Below are positions 11,371-21,295 of a DNA stretch of 64,000 nt, one piece after another. Position 1 is the stretch's first letter. Each line of letters opens with the position of its first letter. The stretch spans positions 186,001 through 250,000 of the forward strand of contig AP039697.1 of NCBI GenBank assembly GCA_051599415.1. The letters are read 5' to 3'. This DNA comes from Savitreella phatthalungensis. Its lineage: Eukaryota. A program made the translations under genes and the position numbers. The notes beneath the pieces were generated by a model. It was not told the DNA's origin. It ran no database searches and saw nothing but the letters and a program-made list of their open reading frames with translations.

Positions 11371-11425
11371 GATGAGCAGAAGATGGGCAGAAGATGAGCA
11401 GAAGGTGAGCAGGAGATGAGCAGAT
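11371..11425 (+). repeat. 11-bp tandem repeat (GATGAGCAGAA) x5, imperfect
   Basis: gatgagcagaa gatgggcagaa gatgagcagaa ggtgagcagga gatgagcagat, about 80 bp upstream of the SER2 ATG. Confidence 0.85.
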
Positions 11426-12057
11426 AGGAGATGGGACAATGAAAGCTCAATGGACAGTGGTGATTAAATGAGGTCTACTTGACTGGTAAAACACGTGATG
11501 ATCTGATACACAAGCACGTGCCTGGAGCCACAAACTGGGGGAAATCGGCGCCACAGAGATAATCAGTCGGAGATAATGTTTCAGACGATATCATCATTAA
11601 TTCATTATTTGATGACAACTAACTTATCATTATAATCTCTAGAGATTTTGTCCAAGATTCATACAATTTGACTCTATGGATTAATGATCTCATCTCCTCG
11701 GAACAACTCTGATTTAGATATCAGAAAAAGAACTACAGAAGGAAGAAAGAAAGAAAAAAAAAGTCACGAGAGCCGATCTCCACCATGCAGTGAGTGATAC
11801 AGACACAGAGACACAGACAGAGTGACAGACAGAGAGAGGGGATCTTCATCTTCACCCGTAAAGCCGCGGTACTCACGAGCACATACGACCGCACAAGAGA
11901 CAAACACACGGTCACCTAGTAGATATCTGCTTCGCCTTGACGTATACTCACGCTTGACGACTGAAGCTCTTTCGATAATCCTTGGGAGGATTCCAACAAT
12001 TGCAAGTAGACGCCCTTAGAAGTAACTCTCAACGATCATCACTATCAAGTCTACATC

Positions 12058-13011
12058 ATGAGTCCACCACCATCGACAGGTCCTCGGAAAGAGGGCAACA
12101 TTGCTCGCTTCGCCGGTGCTGGCTCTGCCGGTGTTCTTGAACTGGCGCTATTCCATCCGGTCGACACCATCTCGAAGCGGTTGATGAGCAACAAGACGAA
12201 GGTGATCACGCTCAGCGCCTTCAACACTGCAATCTTCAAAGGCGAAGCTCAGGCGACAGTTGGACGAAAACTTCTATCTTTGTTCCCTGGATTTGGATAC
12301 GCCGCAGGTTACAAGATCCTCCAGCGAATCTACAAATATAGTGGGCAGCCGATCGTCAAGGACTACCTTGCAGCCAACACGGGCGACTTCTTCGAGCGGA
12401 TGTGCGGCAGCAAAGGTACTGGCAAGGCCGTCATGTACGCCACTGCAGGATCTCTGGTCGGCATTGGTGAGATTGTCCTCCTCCCACTCGACGTGCTCAA
12501 GATCAAGCGGCAGACAAACCCGGAGGCTTTCCGTGGACGTGGCCTGCTGAAGATTGTGTCTGACGAGAAGTGGAACTTGTACCGCGGCTGGGGATGGACG
12601 GCTGCTAGAAATGCTCCTGGGTCGTTTGCTTTGTTTGGTGGGTCAGCATTCACGAAAGAGTATGTGTTTGGGCTGAGCGACTACAGCGGTGCCACCTGGT
12701 TCCAGAACTTTGTGGCCAGCATCTCTGGTGCAGCCGCCTCCCTCACCGTGTCCGCGCCCCTCGACGTCATCAAGACACGTATCCAGAACCGAGACTTCAA
12801 CGACCCGAAATCCGGCACACAGATCATCTCAGAGATGCTCAAGAACGAAGGCGCGACTGCATTCTTCAAGGGACTCACACCAAAACTCCTCACCGCAGGT
12901 CCAAAACTCGTCTTCTCCTTCACTGTCGCTCAGTCACTCATCCCAATCTTTGACAAGCTCATCAAGGGCGAAGCAGACACTCTTGCCGATGCATCCACTC
13001 TGGCAAAATAG
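12058..13011 (+). CDS. GGC1: Mitochondrial GTP/GDP carrier
   Basis: ELALFHPVDTISKRLMSN, AGYKILQRIYKY.GQP, LPLDVLKIKRQTNPE, WTAARNAPGSFALFGG, KGLTPKLLT.GPKL. Confidence 0.95.
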   Translation: MSPPPSTGPRKEGNIARFAGAGSAGVLELALFHPVDTISKRLMSNKTKVITLSAFNTAIFKGEAQATVGRKLLSLFPGFGYAAGYKILQRIYKYSGQPIVKDYLAANTGDFFERMCGSKGTGKAVMYATAGSLVGIGEIVLLPLDVLKIKRQTNPEAFRGRGLLKIVSDEKWNLYRGWGWTAARNAPGSFALFGGSAFTKEYVFGLSDYSGATWFQNFVASISGAAASLTVSAPLDVIKTRIQNRDFNDPKSGTQIISEMLKNEGATAFFKGLTPKLLTAGPKLVFSFTVAQSLIPIFDKLIKGEADTLADASTLAK

Positions 13012-13099
13012 ACCTACCACCAAATCCCTTCCAACCATCTGATATCCCATGTACAGTAGATCTTTTATTTCATTAAAACCCCTTCACCACCTCAAAGTT

Positions 13100-14995
13100 C
13101 TACATAGGCGCTCCTCTAAGTGCTCGGATGACCATCTCCAGCGAATCGACCTTTCTATTTGGATTTGGGCGTTTGTGGTCGATAGGGTCTATAATCTGGC
13201 CATGTGCCATGCGATGGAAGAAGTGTGTTGTGAGCCCCGCCTCTCTCAGGTAGTCTGCTACCGCTCTGGCATTCACAATCTCGTCCTTCTCTGCCAAGAA
13301 CACAGCAAATCTCGAACCACCATCTTCCCACCCATCCACCCGAACCTCATCCGTCACAACCTTCTCATCCCAATCCCCATCACCACCTTCAGAATCCACG
13401 CGCGTGGCGTCAGTATCGTATCCCGACATCTCAGACTCAGAATCTGATGTACAGGAGTCAGGCGGTGATGTGAGAGGGTAGGTGTGGCGTGTGAAGGGTT
13501 TGGGTAGGGTGGTTTGGGAGGGTGGTGGTGGATGGAGGGCTTGATGGATGTGGTGGGAGAGGAGTAGGTTTTGAGGCCACCAGAAAGCTCTGTGCATGGC
13601 TGTTGCGACGCCTAGTTCCCTGGCGACGGCAGCTGCCATGAGCAGCTGGTTCGGGGTGGAAGGCAGGCGGTAGAGGAAGTTAAAGCACACATCGGCTTCC
13701 CACAGTCTGAAGCAGATCGGGTCGACCATGAGGTGTCTGGCTGCGAGTTGGCTGAGATGTGGGTGCTTGAGGATCCAGGCATGCGCGATCGTCCCGTACG
13801 AGTGGGACAGGATTCGCCAGGTGTCAGGCGCGATGGCGTGCCGGTCGGCGATCAGGAGGAGAGCGGTGGTCGTGGACGCCATGGACGGAGGTCGGCACCA
13901 GTGCCGGGAACCGGGCCACATACCAACCTGACCCTGAACAGGCACAAACAACGGAGCACGCTCACCGACGGTGTGGGCGAGATGAGCCACAAGGTTGCGG
14001 TACTGCGCCAGCCCGAGACCCAGGCCGTGGAGGAAGAGCACCGGCTTCGTCGCCTCGCGCTCAAGATGGCTGTCGAGCTCGAGCTCGAAGCGTGGTGCCG
14101 GGGGACGGTACCAGTAGGGAAATTGCTCTTCGTCGACAGACACGTGCTTGAGCGCCCAGCCGTCCTGGCGCATTGTATACGCGAGGTGGGCATTCATCGC
14201 CCACACGAGGCCGTAGAAGAGTGCTGGGCGCGGAACGAATGGAATATCGTCTAGATTGAGCTTGATCGACTTGACTGCAGGGTTTCTGCCTGCGGGGAAG
14301 TGATGCCCGCAGCGGCGTTCCAGCATGGCGAGGAGAGAATCCACGACCTCGGTCTGCTCCTCAGACAATTCGCTCGGCCGCGTATTGAATGCGGACCACG
14401 CGAACCAGTCCGCAATATCGCCCCGTCGGAGGTCATCGAGTGACGCGTTCATGAACCAAAGTCTGAACCTGTCAGAGAATCGGATTTGCTCCTTTCGTAA
14501 CTCCGCTGCATCTTGTGTGTCGATCGAGTGGGCGGCGTTTGGATTGGGTTCCAAATCGAGAGCGTCTGCCACTTGACGGAGGGTATCTTCTGCGCTATTG
14601 TGGTCGTGCTGGTGTGGATGTGTGGGCGGGAGGATGCACGGGACTGCGAAGATGCGATTGAGAAGATCGATCAGCTTGTCCGTCGGCATTCGCGGTCCTG
14701 AGCCTGAGACGCCGGTCCTGAGCGTGAGCCAGCGCGTGTACAGCCAGACCCCGAAGATGCATTCTGTTGCTGCATAGGCGAGCAGGAGTGATTCAACGAG
14801 AGAAGGTATCCGGAAACCGCGAGCGTACCATGACCAGCCCATTCGGATGAGGAACACGAGACATGCTGGCTGAATTAGGAGAATCGGTAGAACACCGCCG
14901 AGAAGACCTGCGAGCAAGGGCCATGATGTCGAAGGGTTCAGGAGATCTTGCACGCTCACAAGCGTATCGAGCGCGCAAGGTGGGAACCTGGACAT
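13100..14995 (-). CDS. Membrane-anchored alpha/beta-hydrolase-fold protein
   Basis: N-terminal hydrophobic segments; PVLFLHGLGLG oxyanion loop, SHSYGT nucleophile elbow, DPICF, AEKDEIV, MAHGQ. Start set at the first ATG. Confidence 0.8.
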   Translation of the reverse strand: MSRFPPCALDTLVSVQDLLNPSTSWPLLAGLLGGVLPILLIQPACLVFLIRMGWSWYARGFRIPSLVESLLLAYAATECIFGVWLYTRWLTLRTGVSGSGPRMPTDKLIDLLNRIFAVPCILPPTHPHQHDHNSAEDTLRQVADALDLEPNPNAAHSIDTQDAAELRKEQIRFSDRFRLWFMNASLDDLRRGDIADWFAWSAFNTRPSELSEEQTEVVDSLLAMLERRCGHHFPAGRNPAVKSIKLNLDDIPFVPRPALFYGLVWAMNAHLAYTMRQDGWALKHVSVDEEQFPYWYRPPAPRFELELDSHLEREATKPVLFLHGLGLGLAQYRNLVAHLAHTVGERAPLFVPVQGQVGMWPGSRHWCRPPSMASTTTALLLIADRHAIAPDTWRILSHSYGTIAHAWILKHPHLSQLAARHLMVDPICFRLWEADVCFNFLYRLPSTPNQLLMAAAVARELGVATAMHRAFWWPQNLLLSHHIHQALHPPPPSQTTLPKPFTRHTYPLTSPPDSCTSDSESEMSGYDTDATRVDSEGGDGDWDEKVVTDEVRVDGWEDGGSRFAVFLAEKDEIVNARAVADYLREAGLTTHFFHRMAHGQIIDPIDHKRPNPNRKVDSLEMVIRALRGAPM

Positions 14996-15273
14996 GACGT
15001 TCAGAGAGAAAGAGGTGTAGCTCAACTGGCGTTTGGATATTTGTCTACCGGAGCATCCTGAAAGAATCGCCGTCGAGTCGACCGTTGGTGTCTATGCTCT
15101 GACTTGACGCCCAACAAGTGTGTGAGCGAGGACATGAGTCTCGAGGTTGAGGATGGAAGATACTCTTCTGTCGGAGCCGCTGAAGGATCTGACTAGCCTG
15201 GGGTTGGTGCCGCTTTGGAACTTTTTTTTTGGGTTGGTGTGTTCAGGTAGGCTGAGGTTAAGCTGTTCTTAGG

Positions 15274-15684
15274 TCATTGATTCTTGGTCGGCGGAAGTGA
15301 ACAGGTTGAGGATGGATTGGGGTGATTGTAAGCGGGAGATGATGCTGGACACCTTCGATGAGCAAAGCAGACGATTGACGGGGTCGAGCTTACGATATTT
15401 GACATCTTCGGGCTCGTGGATGTGATGACGGCGAGAGTGAAAAGGTGCGTGACGGCGGATTGAAGGACGAGTGGACGCCACTGCATAGCTCCGATCGGTA
15501 GAATCGACGTTCTGGATTCCGCCACTGTTATTGATTTTTCAACAGAGAATGAATGGAGTGTTCTGACGGAGCACTGATGATGTAGCCAGGATCGCAGACA
15601 GATGACGCTCAACAGGATGAGGACGATGATGAGGGTGAGGATGAGGATGAACCGTGTATGGGCCGCAGTGTGTTCTTGTGACAT
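15274..15684 (-). CDS. Possible small membrane protein, 136 aa, no recognised family
   Basis: ATG-started ORF with a strong hydrophobic helix FILILTLIIVLILLSVICL, preceded by an A/C-rich leader. No homology recognised. Confidence 0.3.
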   Translation of the reverse strand: MSQEHTAAHTRFILILTLIIVLILLSVICLRSWLHHQCSVRTLHSFSVEKSITVAESRTSILPIGAMQWRPLVLQSAVTHLFTLAVITSTSPKMSNIVSSTPSIVCFAHRRCPASSPAYNHPNPSSTCSLPPTKNQ

Positions 15685-16197
15685 GATGAGACTCTGTCCA
15701 GATTGACTGTTGGCTTCCTCGGTGGCCAAATATTTTTGTTGTTGATGAATGTGTTTTTGTTTGTTTTTGGAACTTATGATGACGATTGACTCGTGCCTGA
15801 TTGAAAGCCACCCTTTCATACCCACACAGGTCAAGGAGTCAAGGTCGACGGGAAGCTAGCAGGAGTCAGTGGTGCGGTAGCAGTGGCAATAGTGTTGAGG
15901 ACGATGAGTCAGAAGTGTGACGGAGGAGAATCAGAACCAGCTTCAACTTCCTCGTCCTGAGATACTCTTCTTTGGGCCTTCAGATCTTGGGGATCTCCGA
16001 AGACTGCGTGCTGGGTGATGCCGTCACTGCATCAATTTCTTCGGATACATCACCACATGGTCTCCGCCGTATTCCAGCAGAGCATGTGTGTATGGATGCA
16101 TTGGCGTCGGTGATGAGCAAAGAGTCACGCGACTGCTTGTCTGCTCTACCTTACCCAGGTGGCGACATGGCTGCCATGACCTTTGTGAAATCCATCC

Positions 16198-17346
16198 TCA
16201 CGTCTTTGGACGCTTTGTCTCTCTTGACTGATCCGTTGTCTCCGTTACAGCACGCTTTGCTGGCGGCGATAGCAATGTTGCCTGCGACTTGGAGAAAAAT
16301 GAGTCGATCCGCCCGTGACCGAACTGCTTCAGTGCGCTCGCAGCGTCCTTCAGCTGCGGCAGATCAGTCCTGAGCTTGTACTGCGGCATCTCCAGTGTAA
16401 TTGGGCAGTGGTCGCTTCCATGGACATTCTTCAGTACGTCAGACTTGACACCATTGATGAACTTCTCTCCTGGACGCAGGACATTACTGTTGTCAGGATC
16501 CACACCACTCGTCATCGTCTCCGTCTTTGACTTCTTCCCGTCCGCCTCGCCAGCAGTCTCTACCAGCAGTTCGCGTGAGGCCAAATGCAAGTCTATCCGC
16601 CAGCCGTTGTCAAGCGGACGCTGCTGTGTGCGGTAGTCCCAGAACGAGTACTTGCGCTCATCCGGATGCAGCAGCCTGAACGCATCGACCGCGTTGTGGT
16701 CCTTGCAGAACTTGACAATGTACGCTCGCTCCTGTGGAAGAAAGCCCGTATGCTTCTCGAATTTGGCTGGGTGGTAGATATCCAGTGGTGTTGGTGCGGT
16801 GTTGATGTCACCTGTGACAATGACTTTCCTGCCTGCTGCTCTCCACTTGCGTACGCAGTCTGACATGTCGTCGTAGAACTGCATCTTCCGCTTGAGGAAG
16901 AGGTCACCTCTGCCTGCGTTGGGCGCGTAGATGTTGAGGACGAGGAAGTCGATGTGGTCAGTCAGCACACACCTCCCCCTTGATACATCGGCATCCTCGT
17001 CCACATCGACAACCTGTGCTCGCGGACGCAGCACATCCGCTACCCGGCCTTCCTTGGACCCACCGAGCGGGTCGCTGAACGGTCGATCAGTCCACCACCG
17101 CGTTCCTCCCTTCCGCACGTATGTGGCCACCCCAGCATACCCCTTACCGGAGTACGTGAAAAAGCTGTCATACCCTTCCACGACGCCGAGATCCTTTGTT
17201 AGCTTCGAGGGCTCGCTGATCTTGTGCTCCTGCACGCACACGATGTCCGCCTCGTGTGCAGCAAAGAAGGTGCCGAGCGACTGACCTGTCAACTTTGGCG
17301 GCAGTGTCTTCAGCGAGGCCACGTTCCACGTCAGGATCTTTACCAT
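16198..17346 (-). CDS. Exonuclease III-family AP endonuclease (EEP fold)
   Basis: ILTWNV, DIVCVQEHK, GYAGVA, YAPN, GDIN, GFLPQER, GWRID, GSDHCP; tail has PIP-box-like RIDSFF and basic KRPK. Confidence 0.92.
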   Translation of the reverse strand: MVKILTWNVASLKTLPPKLTGQSLGTFFAAHEADIVCVQEHKISEPSKLTKDLGVVEGYDSFFTYSGKGYAGVATYVRKGGTRWWTDRPFSDPLGGSKEGRVADVLRPRAQVVDVDEDADVSRGRCVLTDHIDFLVLNIYAPNAGRGDLFLKRKMQFYDDMSDCVRKWRAAGRKVIVTGDINTAPTPLDIYHPAKFEKHTGFLPQERAYIVKFCKDHNAVDAFRLLHPDERKYSFWDYRTQQRPLDNGWRIDLHLASRELLVETAGEADGKKSKTETMTSGVDPDNSNVLRPGEKFINGVKSDVLKNVHGSDHCPITLEMPQYKLRTDLPQLKDAASALKQFGHGRIDSFFSKSQATLLSPPAKRAVTETTDQSRETKRPKT

Positions 17347-17597
17347 TCCCCAAGAGACTCTTCAGCTCAAGCTCTGTTGAAATGAGACAGTGAGGGAGAT
17401 GAGTGAGGAGACAGGCTTCATGTCGATGACATCCTTTACATTTAGGGTGGAGCCGGCGCGTCACTTCCTCCCTACACACGACACCTCATATGCACACACA
17501 GCTGGGATATCATGAACACACACACAACGCAGTCACTGCTCAGGTCAGAAGGTCATGATAGGTGATTTCAGGAGTTGAATCTACGGATCAAGACACG

Positions 17598-20444
17598 CTA
17601 GTGACGGCTACTCGAATTGTTACCACTGCCACCAAAGATGAAGCCGACATCAGCCATGCTCACTAGCCCTGCGAGCCTGCGCGAGGGTCTTGGCTGATGC
17701 TCCCTCTCCCCTTGCTGCTGATGCTGCTGCTTCTTCTGCTTTTTCTTCTTTGACGGATGTGGGGTGTCAGAGACTGACCTTTGCGCTAGCTCCTCCTGCA
17801 CTGCGTGGTAGCTGGTCTCACCTTGTGCAGACGACATTGAGCTCTTGCGAATCCGGCGTTCGGACGGAAGGTGGTGCTGGCGGTATGGTGAGATTGGAGA
17901 CTCTGACGACGTCGACACATCCTCGTAGATCGATACTGATGCGGTACGAAGTCTGCCTGAGGACTTGTCCCGCCGATCGGGTGTCCCACACGATCTGGGG
18001 GTCGTGTGCTTGGTGGGAGATACCGGAGTGTCGTCAATAGATGGCAACCTTGACCACACTGGCGAGCTAGGAAAACCCACACCTGCAGGAGACACAGCAC
18101 CCGGTAGCGGGCCTGAGCTCGTGAGCAGTGACGCCAACGACCCAATCGAGTTCATCCTGCCGGACCACTTGGTGCGGCTGGTATTGCGCCGACTTCGGGA
18201 TGATGCGGAGATGGCTGGAGGCTGTTGAGGGTGCTTGCCGGTTGTTTGCCGGAAATCCGTGCTGGTGGGAGGGGAGCGGGGCGTGCCTGGAGACGAAAGC
18301 ATGGTCGAATTTGTTGAGATTCGGCGGCCTAAAGGTACCATGATTGGGGACACGATCCGCGGCGTCACTGGGCTGCTCCCTGAATTGCTCTGTGTTCGAG
18401 GCGATGGTACTGCTGGCAGCGGCATTGACGGCGGTACGCGTAGCGGTGCAAGCTGTGGACGATGGTTCTGCTGTCGCGATGCCGGCGACGCCGTGGCTGA
18501 AGACGCAGCGGTCCCCATACGACTCGGGGGCTTCAAGGTGCTACAGCTGCTCGCATCGGAGGTTGAGGTGACACTGACTGCTTTCGGACGCCCGCCAGCA
18601 GCGAGCTCACGAATTGTCAGTTTGGATGATGCTCGGCTTGGAGATCTGGCCGATTTGTCCTCGCTCGTAGTTGCAGACACCTTGCTAGATGAGACCCGTA
18701 TTCCGCCACTGCCCACATTGTTGAGCTCTTTGCCGGAGCTGTGGCGGCGGAAGGACAGGGCAAGTGCATCAAAGGTGTCAGACACTCCTGCAAGGGCCTT
18801 CGCTTGTGCAGGACCAGGAACACTGGTTGAGAGCGGTGTCAGTGGCGATGGCCGCTGATCAGCAAGAGAGGATGACGACCGTGGTACGTTCGACGTGAGA
18901 TGCTCACCTGACGACTGCGCGCGCGTCGGACACACATCACCCTCGACCTCGTCTTCGTCACACTGCATCAGTCGGTCTCGCTCGCGACCGCTGCGGAAAT
19001 TCCCCATCCCAGGCCGGCGTAACTTGATGCTCCACGTCCGCTCGAGCTTGGGCGCAGACGTCGCGACAGTGTCGGCTCTCGAGTGCGGACGCGAACCGTA
19101 CTTGGCGCTGGCAAAGATGGAGCGGTCGTTCATGGCGGTACCGCGTGATCGAACACTGCCTGAGGCCTCCATCTTCTTCATTGCAGCTTGATTCTGCTGC
19201 TGCTGCTGGAGGATGACCATGGCTGGTGGTGGCGGTGGCGTAGGTGCTCCTGCTGGACGGACTGTCACGCTGACGTCCCACCTGTCGCCAGCTGCCGGGT
19301 CGTTTGTGAGATGAGCGATTCCATCAACGGCGCCACCGATGTGTCTCCGATTCTGGTGCGCCATGCGAGAGATGGCCAGGAAAAACGCTCGTCGCGTCAG
19401 ATCGAGGTCACCGAGAAACTCACCTGCACTCCGATTCAGCAGCCACGCTGTCCGACGGTGGATCAGGTGGTGCAGAACCGCAACCCACACCGTGTGCAGC
19501 TCAGGCTGGATCACGTGCAGCCTGATCTCGAGCGTGTCGGTGGTACCGCTGCCTGAGGCGCTTGCGACAGAACCCGGGCCCTTGATACTCGGCATCGCCT
19601 GAATGAGGATATACGGCTTACTTGCTTCGTTCTGTGGACGTGCCGGGCCGACGAGTGTCTGGTGGGAGTTTGTCCCGTCTGGTCTCGGGAGAGGTACCTC
19701 GAAGACTTCGCCGATGGGCACGTACGAGATGCCTGTGAGGTGGCACCGATTCTCGGTCGCGTAGTTGCTCTTGGGCTCCTTTGTCGCATAGCATACAGCC
19801 ATCTCACGCGGACGGATGAAGACAAAGCGCTCGTGGCAGGTGAATGGCAGCATCGCCTTCTCAGGATGCTGTGACGCAAAAGCTGCCCCGTGACCTTCAC
19901 TCAACACATCCCCGACCACATCCAGCCCACCACGACTCACCGTCTCGCGTCGCCTCGATCCTGAAGAACCCCCCGTCGCACTCGCAAGCAGTCCAGACAC
20001 GCTCCGAACGATGAAATTCTTCGGCTTTGGGCGGAGGCGAACAGCGGTCGTGCCGATCATCGTCGTCAGGATGTGCTGGTTCATGACGGGATCCGTGGGC
20101 GAACCTGGTGCTGGGGGCGGTAGACCCAAGGTCGTCATGCTTTGCTTATGTCGGAGCGTGCTGGTGCTGCTGGGTTCCGTGTCTGGAGGGAACTGGAATT
20201 GGCGAGATTGACTCGACCTCGGGGTACTAGGCGAGCGCGAAGATACGCGAGGAGGTGGTGGTAGGGAATTTTTGAGGACATCGTCTCTGCATGTAGCGAC
20301 ATCGTTGTCGTCGCTGTAGAGGACTGACATCATCTTCCTCCTGGCGCTCGGAAGACCACTCCCATACCGAGGCAGAACACCGAGTTCTTGACAATGGCGT
20401 CGTTGGCAGTAAGTCTCTCCCGAGGACGAAGGCCGGGAGAGCAA
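17598..20444 (-). CDS. Large protein with a divergent Num1/Mcp5-type PH domain and long Ser/Pro/Arg-rich disordered tail
   Basis: 948-codon ORF. DPVMNQHILTTMIG...HERFVFIRPREMAVCYATKEP...HTVWVAVLHHLI resembles the Mcp5_PH pattern. Start uncertain: either MMSVLY at about 20333, or ATG 20589 via an in-frame 52-nt intron at 20484-20535 (GTGCGT..CTAAC..CAG). Confidence 0.65.
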   Translation of the reverse strand: MLSRPSSSGETYCQRRHCQELGVLPRYGSGLPSARRKMMSVLYSDDNDVATCRDDVLKNSLPPPPRVSSRSPSTPRSSQSRQFQFPPDTEPSSTSTLRHKQSMTTLGLPPPAPGSPTDPVMNQHILTTMIGTTAVRLRPKPKNFIVRSVSGLLASATGGSSGSRRRETVSRGGLDVVGDVLSEGHGAAFASQHPEKAMLPFTCHERFVFIRPREMAVCYATKEPKSNYATENRCHLTGISYVPIGEVFEVPLPRPDGTNSHQTLVGPARPQNEASKPYILIQAMPSIKGPGSVASASGSGTTDTLEIRLHVIQPELHTVWVAVLHHLIHRRTAWLLNRSAGEFLGDLDLTRRAFFLAISRMAHQNRRHIGGAVDGIAHLTNDPAAGDRWDVSVTVRPAGAPTPPPPPAMVILQQQQQNQAAMKKMEASGSVRSRGTAMNDRSIFASAKYGSRPHSRADTVATSAPKLERTWSIKLRRPGMGNFRSGRERDRLMQCDEDEVEGDVCPTRAQSSGEHLTSNVPRSSSSLADQRPSPLTPLSTSVPGPAQAKALAGVSDTFDALALSFRRHSSGKELNNVGSGGIRVSSSKVSATTSEDKSARSPSRASSKLTIRELAAGGRPKAVSVTSTSDASSCSTLKPPSRMGTAASSATASPASRQQNHRPQLAPLRVPPSMPLPAVPSPRTQSNSGSSPVTPRIVSPIMVPLGRRISTNSTMLSSPGTPRSPPTSTDFRQTTGKHPQQPPAISASSRSRRNTSRTKWSGRMNSIGSLASLLTSSGPLPGAVSPAGVGFPSSPVWSRLPSIDDTPVSPTKHTTPRSCGTPDRRDKSSGRLRTASVSIYEDVSTSSESPISPYRQHHLPSERRIRKSSMSSAQGETSYHAVQEELAQRSVSDTPHPSKKKKQKKQQHQQQGEREHQPRPSRRLAGLVSMADVGFIFGGSGNNSSSRH

Positions 20445-21295
20445 GCGAAGGAGCGAGCGAGGAAGAGTAACAGATGAGATGTGCTGACGTTAGGCCTCTC
20501 GGTAAACGACCAGAAGGTGGCGATATCAAACGCACCTTGCAAATGGTATCACTAGTGACCACCTGAGCCCATCCTGATCTCCTGACCATCTCTTCCCTTC
20601 CTCTTTCCGCACGCAAACTGTCGCGATCGTCTCCGCTTGCACAGGCGCGAGCGCTCGAGCCCGCCCTAAGCGAGGAACGCCCGTGCGCACACACAGCCCT
20701 GAGGGCACGCAAGCAATTGATCGACCGATCGGCACGTTCGACATGACGAGAGGCGCGGGTGAGACGGGAGTGAGTCGGGGGGTGTGAGCATGTGCATGGA
20801 ATCGCGTCAAAGAGGGGGACAGTGAGCTCAGACGATTACGTAGGCGGCGCACGCGCAATTTGAGAGGACCGTGGGTGAAACAGGTCACGGACGCGATCAC
20901 GGTCATGGGAAGTGCCATGACTCGACCATGTCAAAAAGAGAGGGGGCCCCTTAGCAACATAGCCGGCTGGACGTACCGGAATAGCAATTTCGGACGGTAT
21001 GGTCACAGCCAAGGAAGCCGCTGACACACACTTACATACATGTGCGCATACGCGTGGGATGTCGTCGCAAAGTTGTCTAAAGCTGGGTATGGGGCATGGG
21101 TAGGTGCGTGTGTGAGGGTATGGATAGGAGCGTGTGTGGTTGCTCGAAAAGGTAGGCTGATACGCGAGGCATGCGACAGACAGATCTATCGGAAAGGCCG
21201 ACAACGACAGGGGACCGTACGGGATCAAGGTCGAGCCGAGTCGAGTCAGGTCAAAGAGGTAGAAAATGTGATTTACATGAGATGGAAGAGGGAGA

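Noticed and set aside
11371..11425. 11-bp repeat as a CRISPR-like or mobile feature
   Set aside because: No spacers, eukaryotic context; a simple minisatellite.
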